DNA of 53,920 bases, the filler included, from Circinaria calcarea (lineage: Eukaryota), in assembly GCA_051942165.1 (NCBI GenBank). It is 3 parts of 3 records of this genome, joined end to end, with 100 filler letters (N's around TTAATTAATTAA, not from the genome) between each part and the next. Parts side by side here need not be neighbours in the genome. Positions count along the whole stretch, not along the records: positions 36,022 to 53,920 come from JAVECS010000251.1; 2 more parts are not named here. One strand, given 5' to 3'. Positions within the stretch are counted from its first letter, which is position 1, and every line of letters starts with the position of its first letter. The translations under genes and the position numbers were made by a program. This document shows positions 45,130 to 53,920 of the stretch, one piece after another. The notes beneath the pieces are model-generated. The model was not told where the DNA came from, ran no database searches, and worked only from the letters and a program-made list of their open reading frames with translations.

Positions 45130-46657
45130 ATGGCTTCCAACGACAAAGGTCTCGAGGAGATCCCAGAAGGTGCGCAAATCCAGTACTGGACATGTAATCC
45201 TACGCAGTCTTTGCTCTGCGCACATGTATGGGTGGAAAACTTTCAAGACCAACACTGACAGAAATTTTGCATGCTTAGGCCAAATCGAATCGAACTACGA
45301 TGAGGTCACCGACTCCTTTGATTCCATGAACTTGAAGAGCGAACTTTTGCGAGGTAGGAAACACGTTCACAACACATTTTGCAAGACTGACCTGGCTTGA
45401 TCAGGCGTTTACGCATACGGTTTCGAACGTCCTTCAGCAATCCAAATGCGCGCCATTATGCCAGTCATCAGGGGTTAGCCATAATAAAATCTCACCCGAT
45501 TCGAAAATATATCTGAACTTATGTTGTAGGATCGGATGTAATTGCGCAGGCCCAATCGGGTACGGGAAAGACCGCAACTTTCTCAATCTCCGTTCTCCAG
45601 AAGCTCGACCCAAACATCAAAGCATGCCAGGCACTTATTCTTGCTCCCACACGAGAATTGGCACAGCAAATCCAGAAGGTTGTGGTTGCTATTGGAGACT
45701 TTATGAACGTTGAATGTCACGCATGTATTGGAGGTACAAGCGTGCGGGATGATATGAAGGCACTTCAAGAAGGTCCTCAGGTCGTAGTCGGTACCCCTGG
45801 TCGTGTTCAAGACATGATTCAGCGTCGTGTCCTAAAGACCGACAGCATGAAGATGTTCGTGCTGGATGAAGCTGACGAGATGCTCTCGGTAAGTTTATTA
45901 GCAGCGTTACACGAATCCCTCGACTGTTCGTGCTAATGGTTCTGTTCAGCGCGGTTTCACTGAGCAAATATACGACATCTTCCAGCTTTTACCGCAATCT
46001 ACCCAGGTAGTTCTTTTGTCGGCAACCATGCCACAGGACGTTCTTGAAGTCACCACCAAGTTTATGCGTGACCCAGTCCGTATCTTGGTCAAGAAGGCTG
46101 AACTCACGCTTGAAGGTATCAAGCAATTCTACATTGCTGTAGAGAAGGAAGATTGGAAGCTTGACACGCTCTCGGATCTGTACGAAACCGTCACCATAAC
46201 CCAGGCCGTAATCTTCTGCAACACGCGGAGAAAGGTTGACTGGCTTACCGAGAAGCTTACTGCTCGCGACTTTACTGTGTCAGCAATGCACGGTGATATG
46301 GATCAAGGTCAACGTGACCTTATCATGAAGGAGTTCCGCTCTGGGTCCTCTCGGGTTCTGATCGCTACCGACCTTTTGGCCCGTGGTATTGACGTTCAAC
46401 AAGTCTCCTTGGTCATCAATTACGATCTACCCGCCAATCGTGAAAATTACATTCATCGTATTGGTCGGGGCGGTCGATTTGGACGAAAGGGTGTTGCCAT
46501 CAACTTTGTCACTGCTGATGATGTTCGAATGATGAGGGAAATTGAGCAATTCTATAGCACGCAGATTGAGGAGATGCCGATGAACGTTGCAGGTAAAGCC
46601 CTTGGAAATATACCTCACCCTCCTCAATACTGATCTTCTTTTACAGACCTCATCTAG
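45130..46657 (+). CDS. TIF1: Translation initiation factor eIF4A (DEAD-box helicase); 6 coding exons
   Basis: Motifs [39 protein letters not shown] and [10 protein letters not shown]; ends PMNVADLI. Probable 5'UTR intron 45001-45056. Confidence 0.97.
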
Positions 46658-47227
46658 ATAAGCACCTTGCTCCGCTGTAGCTCATAGCTTCAGGATTCGT
46701 TCTGGGTTCTCATATGTCTTGTGCTTTGTTGTCGCCGGAAAAAGATTCCTGTACGAGCACGAGTGAGGATATCCTCATTCCTTAAACGGGATGGGACCTT
46801 GATTAGAAGGTGTGAAAAATGATCGACGCTTTGGAGGACTTTGTCGGTAATGGTTCTCTTTCGATAGAATATGTGGAATGATCTCCCTGGAACGGCATGT
46901 TTACGGATTAAGTAGGGTGTACTTTCTTAAAAGTCCCATGCTTATGCTTCGTTGCGTATTTGAGTCTTGCTCTCGAGGTGAGACGGCATGTCATTATGAC
47001 ACCAATGCTGTCTTTTCTTTAAGAATAGACTCTCCAATGCAAAATTGTCCTCGATGCATTCGATGCCTTTTCAATCGCGAGTGCCCGTGATAAGCGAGAT
47101 GTGAAAATTTACAGTCCCAAATTTCTGGTTCGCCACATCGGATTTTCCTCCATTGTATCAACATATTGTAACCGACTAGGCCCTCGACTTTATATTGAGG
47201 CTATATACATATACCTGTATCTTTAGG

Positions 47228-48002
47228 ATGAATGTACCACCTACGGCCGACCTGCTGCTTGTGGCAAAGCCTTTAGTTGTGGAGCAAATCATCTTCCATA
47301 GGCGACTGCGTGCCGTCAAAGAAGAACTTCCCTCCAAACATGAATTTGCCGCACTTCAGCAACGGTTCAAGAAAATCGAAGAAGAATTCGCCTTTAGTAA
47401 ACAGGATGTCGCTAGGCTTCAAGAACGCGTCACGGCCCTAGAAGGCGAAGTTGCGGTCTTAAAGCTTTTAAAAGAGCAGGATAGAGTTCATCAAGTTGCT
47501 CCCAAACAGGCATCCGGTAAGTGAGTAACCGCTCTTCGGTATCATACCTGGAAGGGGAAACCTCCTGGATACCAATCGGAGATCTGTCAAGGTGGTAGCA
47601 GGTACACTGTGACATACAAAAGTTCCCCTGGCTAACTCTCGAGCAGCACAGCGACAGCTTTCCGAGATCACGACCACCGACGGAACCGTAGGGGAAACGG
47701 AGAAGCGACCGGCCTCCAATCTGGATGGTGTAGTGAGACAAGGCCGGCGAACGCTGCAGGCATATCTGGACGACTTCGATACCACCAGTGCCGAATGCGA
47801 GGACGAGCTCATCACTGCGTTCCTGGATGGCATGGCCAGCAGGCATTATCGAGCCGCGCTGGAAGGAGCTCTGGACCGGGTTGGTCGGAGATGGTCGAAT
47901 GTGAAGATAGAGGTGGCGAGGATGCTGGAAGACGCCATCAGGCGGGACAAAATGAGGAAGTCTTTGGATTTGCGGCAATGGGGTTTTCAGGCGTTCGATT
48001 GA
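47228..48002 (+). CDS. Hypothetical protein (~214 aa): N-terminal coiled coil plus C-terminal helical domain with Gag-like motifs; 2 exons
   Basis: Intron 47517-47646 (GTAAGT...GCTAAC...CAG) joins ORFs 47195 and 47733 in frame; heptads FKKIEEEFAFSKQDVARLQERVTALEGEVAVLK. Confidence 0.65.
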
Positions 48003-48088
48003 TGATTAAGGGCGGCTGGATATCGGATACCACTCGGGTTAGATTATGCTACATCAGGGTATGTCTAAATTCAAGGATGGTATTTTTT

Positions 48089-48922
48089 CTACGTTTCCAA
48101 AAACTCATACGGTCCTCCTTTCTCTTCTACCGCAACTTCTATCCCTTTATCCAATTCCTTGCCCCCAACTCTTATCCCAGCTTTCATGACATCTCCCACG
48201 TCCACTGAGCCAACCCCTTTCGGCGTACCCGTCAAGACAACATCGCCTCTGTCCAGGGTCATGACCTTGGAGATATCGCTCAATTGCCTCGGTATCCTGA
48301 AAAGCATCAATTCCGTGCTGTCCCTCTGCCTGACTTCGCCGTTGACGGAGAGATACAGCTCGACGTTATGCGGATCCGGTATCGAGGTCTTGGAAATGTA
48401 GTCGCTGACGGGCAAGAAAGTATCGAAGCCCTTGGCGATCGACCACGGCAAGCTTTTCTTCTTGGCTTCGTCCTGGACATTGCGTGCCGTCATGTCGATA
48501 CTCAAGCAATAGCCTAGGGACCTGGAGTCAGCTGCCTGGTGTTCAAGCTCCCCCAACTCCCTCATCCACGATTTTCCAGGACCCCCCACCATCTATGGCA
48601 TCCATTGCCCCTTTCTCGTCATCGGCATCTAGATCCCGCACCTGCCTTCCCATGATCAAGGCGAGTTCGACTTCGTAGTGTAATTTTACGCCCCGGGGCT
48701 TCAGGACAGGCCCACTGCCGGGAGGCAGGATCGACGATGGAGGTTTCAGGAAGAAGAAAGGCTGCTTGGGTCGGGCATTGTTGAGCTCCTTGACATGATC
48801 CCTATAATAGTATTGGTATCTGTAACCCTTGGATGACCCGGGTTCTCCAAAAAGGGTAACACAAACGCATAATTCCTGCCGATGCACACGACCTTCCGTG
48901 CATTGGCTCTGATCGATGCCAT
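48089..48922 (-). CDS. FAH-family hydrolase (FAHD1/Fmp41-like); 3 exons
   Basis: Motifs KVVCIGRNYA|DHVKEL, FFLKPPSS, HYEVEL, DMTARNVQ, WSIAKGFDTF and GDVVLTGTPKGVG. Confidence 0.92.
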
Positions 48923-49174
48923 GGAGTATATCCCACCCGTCAGAAGAAAAAAAAAACCTTCAACCTCTAGAACTCTGTACGGCAAGTAATACTGCTACTC
49001 AATGGACTTCCATTGTTGATTATCCAAGAAGGCCGCCATTGAAGCTGCAATCCGCCGTCGACGAGTTTGACCCAACCCCCCTGGGCCCAACAAAAAGGAC
49101 CTCCCTCCCCAAAAGTTCGAAGCTCCTCTCGTCCAGCCTAAAGCCCACCACGTAAAATAGAAATACCATCAAAC

Positions 49175-49647
49175 ATGCAAATCGCCCAAATCCTCTCCGA
49201 CCTGACCTCCCTGCGCGTCTGCGTAGGCCTTACCTTAACCACGCACCTTCCCACCAAAATACACAAAGACTAACCCGTGCGCCTCTCTAGGATCACGACG
49301 CAGCAATCGCCCTCGTCTCCAGCCACAAGGCCCCACCGAAAACCCCGGCATCTTCACAAAGCGATTCTACACCAGCGCAATCCTCGCGCAAGCAGTCGGA
49401 TACTTCCAGTCTTTGGATTTCCAAGCCCACCTTTACCCGGCGGACTTCGGCGATAGAAGGCGCAGAAGAGGATCCGGATCTGCAGCGGGCGATTGATCTG
49501 GTGGAATTGCATTTCGGGCTCAAGGAAAAGCACCTGCAGGGTGTGGATATGGGGCTACGGCAGGCGAGGGTTGAAGTTGATAGGGTGCTGCAAAGGTTAA
49601 AGGCTGGGGAGAGGGTAGGTTCACAGGGGCGCGGAGGGCTTGGGTAG
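49175..49647 (+). CDS. Small fungal hypothetical protein (~134 aa), absent from the ORF track; 2 exons
   Basis: MQIAQILSDLTSLRVC | intron 49223-49290 (GTAGGC...ACTAAC...TAG) | DHDAAIALVS...DPDLQRAIDLVELHFGLKEKH...LRQARVEVDRVL; open in frame to TAG 49647. Confidence 0.75.
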
Positions 49648-49761
49648 GTAGACCATGAGCAATTTGCAGTGCTCACACATTTCCAAAAAGTCATCAATTC
49701 GCAGCAGTATGGCACCGGAAAGTCGATAAGGATAGCTTTCATTGCTTAAGGATGGATTCTA

Positions 49762-51153
49762 TCAGGCGACAGCACTCGCGCTGTCAACCTCCATGCCTAC
49801 GTCACCTGTGGCCATCATCTTCAAAACTGGCTGCGTCTGGTACGCCAACTCGTGCCCGAGAAGAAATATCAACACTCGCTTTCGCAGCAGAGCCGCCCTC
49901 GTCTTCCTAACAAACACTTTTCGCTTCCTGACGCGCTGCGCTGATGTACTTGGAGCATTCCGCATCGTCTCAGGCAGATGATCAATGGATTCCGTATTTG
50001 AACCGTGATAGGGCACTGGTCTGTTACTAAGATTCGTCGATGCAGAGTGGGCGCTTTCAAATCCGCTTTGTGCAGGGTACCTTGCGAGAGGCTCATCAGA
50101 AACATCATCGTCTTCCGTGGCCCTCAAGATCATAATCCTCGGCGGAGGCAGGGTTGCCGATGTTACTCTCTTTGACAGCATCGGCGGTGTTTCAGCTTCA
50201 GGCTGAACCTTCTCTTGGTTCTCTACGGCAGCCTCCGGGAACGGCGGTGGTGCTTCGAAAGGAATTGGAGATACCACAGGCGAGTCCATTTTTTCGGCAG
50301 ATGTAGAAAGAGATTCCTTAGGCGCCGCCCGACTCTCTGGAGGACTTGTGTCGAAAATTTCCGATTCAGACTCGACGACTTGAGGAAAGTCCGTGATTGA
50401 CGGCCTATAAGGAGATTCAGGTAATGGAGGAAGCTCCATCTCTCCTGGCTCGTGAAGGGATTCGAGTATCGAAGGAGCCTTGCTGATTGATGATCTGTGC
50501 ATCAATTGAATTATATGAACAGACCTTGTGCCATCAATGGAACCGTCCATGGAGCCGCGTCTAGAGGATGTTACGGATGGAGGCCTTACTATCATTGGCT
50601 GCTGCGCCGTTTGGGGTATGTGAGGAGTCTGTGACTCCTTGAGGTTTTGCATAGGGCCATGGACAGAAGAGGCTGTTGAGCTTGGGTTCCTGTATACCGG
50701 CTGATGAACAAACGCAGAAGACTGCAGAGGCTCCTTATCTATGGATCCGTGAATGGAGCCATGGATAGAGGAGGCCATGGAGGGTGATTGGACGATTTCC
50801 GGTTGATGGACTGAGTTAGGTCGGTGGATACGCTTCGAGTCGTCCTCACTGGTGACGGAGCTGTGGATAGAGGAGGCTAATAAGGTTGGTTGTGGAGTCG
50901 ACTTCTCGAGGACAGCCGGTAGTGGAGCGAGATCCGGCTCGCTGTGGGCAGGCGAGAGAGGTTGCGGATTTGGATCCGAATTGATGATATCGTCCGACGA
51001 TTTACGGCTGTGTATACTTTTCGGGCGCGCAGAGGGTATAGTGATTGCAGGAGCGATAGCTTCACCCTTTACCAGGCGAGGCCAGCTCCAACCTGCAGAC
51101 CCCTTTTGATTCAAGTGCGGTGTCTGAGTAGGATGGCCAGTGACAGTAGACAT
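49762..51153 (-). CDS. Ser/Pro-rich, largely disordered hypothetical protein with degenerate internal repeats and a basic C-terminal helix
   Basis: Long uninterrupted ORF; likely ATG 51153; C-terminal RVRKRKVFVRKTRAALLRKRVLIFLLGHELA. Confidence 0.65.
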   Translation of the reverse strand: MSTVTGHPTQTPHLNQKGSAGWSWPRLVKGEAIAPAITIPSARPKSIHSRKSSDDIINSDPNPQPLSPAHSEPDLAPLPAVLEKSTPQPTLLASSIHSSVTSEDDSKRIHRPNSVHQPEIVQSPSMASSIHGSIHGSIDKEPLQSSAFVHQPVYRNPSSTASSVHGPMQNLKESQTPHIPQTAQQPMIVRPPSVTSSRRGSMDGSIDGTRSVHIIQLMHRSSISKAPSILESLHEPGEMELPPLPESPYRPSITDFPQVVESESEIFDTSPPESRAAPKESLSTSAEKMDSPVVSPIPFEAPPPFPEAAVENQEKVQPEAETPPMLSKRVTSATLPPPRIMILRATEDDDVSDEPLARYPAQSGFESAHSASTNLSNRPVPYHGSNTESIDHLPETMRNAPSTSAQRVRKRKVFVRKTRAALLRKRVLIFLLGHELAYQTQPVLKMMATGDVGMEVDSASAVA

Positions 51154-51398
51154 TATTAGACAGTACTGAATGAGTGATATGTATGTTGAAGAAAAAGAAG
51201 ACGTAGACAAATAAAAAGTTCGAGACTCTCATATACCACCCGCAGCCCATTTCGGCAAGTACGACCTCTGGGGGAATCTCGCTTCAGAAGTGACATCCGT
51301 ACCCCCAAACGACATGAACGACCAGCTCGCTGTTAATTCATATCGACTGTAAACCAATTGATATATCTCGCCACGGAAAGAGTGGCAGGACACTTCAA

Positions 51399-53260
51399 AT
51401 GGCGACCAGCGTGGATGCGAAGCTGCTCAAGCAGACCAAATTTCCGGCGGAATTCAGCCAGAAGGTTGACATGCAGAAGGTCAATGTCGAGGTTATGAAG
51501 AAGTTTGACGGAGCCATATCCCTACTAAGCTTCTCTAAGACTGACCGACTACAGATGGATTGCCGGCAAGATATCTGAGATCCTCGGGAACGAAGACGAC
51601 GTTGTCATTGAGCTCTGCTTCAATCTGCTCGAGGGCGCCCGTTTTGTAAAGCTACCCCAGACAAAACAGCAATCCTGTCCTTGAAACTGACCGGTCCCGC
51701 AGCCTGATATCAAGGTCTTGCAGATACAGCTTACAGGGTTTCTGGACAAAGACACGGCGAGGTTCTGCAAGGAGCTGTGGACATTGTGCCTCAGCGCGCA
51801 AAGCAACCCCCAAGGCGTCCCTAAAGAGTTGCTTGAAGCTAAAAAGCTAGAATTGATACAGGAAAAGGTAGGCTTTCTTAGGTTATTTCAGTGCAAGACC
51901 CACTGCTGAAAACCCTGCCAGATTGACGCCGAGAAAGCAGCGGAAGAAGTTCGGCGTCGAAAGGAACAAGAAAAGCTACGGGATCGGAACGTTGATAACA
52001 TACGCCAGCGTGAACGAGGTGAACGAGGTCGAGGCCGTGGTCGAGGGGGTAGAGGAGTTTCGGATTATGACCGTCGTCCACCTCGATACTCAAGATCTCC
52101 GCCACCCAGGCGTCGTGGTTCCCCTGATAGAAATGATTACAGAGGGCCGCCACCAAGGCGTGAGATCGATACATATATTCCTCGGGGTCGTGGGGGACGT
52201 TATCCAGACGATAGGAGACGTCGCTCACGTAGTATCTCACATTCTCCCACTCGTTCTCCTTCGCGCTCCGTCACCCCACCAAGGCGACGAAGAAGGGACT
52301 CGGATGAGTTCATCAGACCACGACGTCGATCTTATTCTCCAATAAGATCCCCGTCTCCGGTACGAAGGGGGTCAGGGAAGGGTAGGACCCGAAGGAATCC
52401 TGGTCGTGGTGATGATGGCGCAAGATCCTTGACACCCTCAGAAACCTCTCGCTCACGTTCACCTAGAACACACTACAAGAGACGCACTCCTTCCCTTTCT
52501 CCTCGCAGTCCATTACCGCCTCCACGATCCAGCTATCGTCGGCGCAGATATGCGTCGACATCCCGTTCACCGTCACGTTCTCGTTCGTTAGGCAGGGATC
52601 GCAGAAGATCGGGTAGATCGAGGAGATCGCCCTCCTATGCCACTGATAGCGAAGCGGGTGATTCACACGCTAATTATCGCAAAGGACGAAGACATCATGA
52701 CACCCGGCGCCGCAGCCCCAGCCGCAGCCCGAGCAGAGACCGCATCAGACGGCCTACACGAGGACATGCCGACCGAAGTAGGACTCCCATCCGTCGAAGT
52801 GACCGGAAGCGGCACCGTTCGATTGAGAGATATGCCCCTGCGGGGAGGAGAAGACGCAACACCTCTTCCGTGTCCTCACCTAACGAAAAGCGCCGCAGGA
52901 GAGCTGACTCTTCCGCGGATCAAGGAAGCATACGATCGCAGATGACGGAGTCAAAGTCCTTTCGCGATGGACCACCGGCAGCGACGGCATCTTCGAAAGA
53001 CGGAAACGAGGAGGTGGGTAGCGATTCATAGACATACATGCAAGAAGTACTGGTTGCCTCCTTTTTTCTTCACCTCCCAGCCCCCGTATCATCTGTCCTT
53101 CTTGTCTCTAGCCGCATCTGGGAACCTGTGGCTGACTGGTCTGTTTTCTTCCTGACAGACTCCATCTCTGGCCCTGACGGCCACCGAGCTTCGAGAACGT
53201 CTGCTGCGGGAAAAGGTCAAGGCCTTGAGAAAGTCTTCCGGGGGTCCGGTGGCGGAATAG
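51399..53260 (+). CDS. PWI-domain, RS-rich splicing factor (SRRM1/SRm160-like); 5 exons
   Basis: TKFPAEFSQKVDMQKVNVEVMKK|WIAGKISEILGNEDDVV, QIQLTGFL and ELWTLCLSAQSNPQGVP, then a long RS/RGG region. Last exon ELRERLLREKVKALRK ends at 53260. Confidence 0.9.
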
Positions 53261-53920
53261 GGTAGGTAGAGAGTAGCGTAGATGGTGCCCAAGGGCCCCT
53301 TCCTCTTCTTCCCCCTTTCAGCAAATGGTTGCTGTTGCATTTCGTGGTGCAAACTGGTCAGGAAATGACCTGTCACCATCTATCTGCTACCATGTTCCAA
53401 AGCCACACACGTCTGCAACCTGAGCCCGGGGCAGAAGAACCCCCACCCATAGATAGCTCGTCACCCTGTATCTGTCCCGTCCCGTCCCGTCTCGTTTCGA
53501 GAGGTAGATAGATGGGTTAAGTTGGCTTTTTCATAGAATTTCAGGGAAAAATTGGGAGAATCCCCAAACACATCGAAACTTTGTAAAAAAGGAAATCTTA
53601 CGCAAAGGGAGGGTGGCTTTTGAGATGATTTACACGGCACGGCACTCACCTTCTTACTACAACGTCTACAAGGATACAATTCCCTCCCTCCCTCCCCCTC
53701 TTCTCCCTTCTCCGGGGTTCCTACAAGTTCAGCGCTCTCCGACAAAATCGCCCTCGTTTAGCAAAGTAGGAAAAAAAGTCTCGTCCTTTTTAAAAAAAGG
53801 ATGGTAGCATTTTTCCATTTTCCATTTTTCCCTGGTCCATTCAAAAATATCTCTACCAGCACTTATCTGTTCTGATCCCGGCTACGAACGAGTAGAAAGA
53901 AGTATTGCCCGCCGCCTCCC

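Noticed and set aside
36039..48922. Apparent metabolic cluster (PCD1, ADK2, Ctr, JmjC, FAHD1)
   Set aside because: Unrelated housekeeping functions with no backbone enzyme or pathway regulator.
1..53920. tRNA, rRNA, CRISPR or intact transposon
   Set aside because: No cloverleaf, rDNA, repeat-spacer array, LTR/TIR pair or transposase/RT ORF was recognised by eye.

Overview
Intron-containing nuclear DNA from a filamentous ascomycete (Pezizomycotina; GT-AG introns mostly 45-110 nt with CTRAC branch sites). The window is three pieces of 17,918, 17,903 and 17,899 bp joined by 100-nt N/TTAATTAATTAA spacers. Their near-identical, descending lengths suggest size-sorted, unlinked contigs, so adjacency across the gaps should not be trusted. 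About 22 protein genes can be reconstructed, mostly housekeeping: PEX6, a sterol-ester lipase, a GABA/polyamine-type permease, CPA2, a PPR protein, ORC3, an MFS transporter, NOP14, PCD1, MDM38/LETM1, ADK2, EAF6, a Ctr copper transporter, an F-box/JmjC protein, eIF4A, FAHD1 and a PWI splicing factor. The standout is the gene at 246-4245 (-). It encodes an amidoligase (COOH-NH2 ligase)-like domain that has lost most predicted catalytic residues, fused to nine copies of a ~90-aa repeat I do not recognise. Other leads are a dense TGCTCA (Mac1/CuRE-type) motif cluster at a contig end, a spliced coiled-coil plus Gag-capsid-like gene, a frameshifted gene with a duplicated module, paired TGA(C/G)TCA sites, and recurrent strand-symmetric C-rich-to-G-rich switch points. 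All family assignments come from motif recognition by eye; no searches were run.
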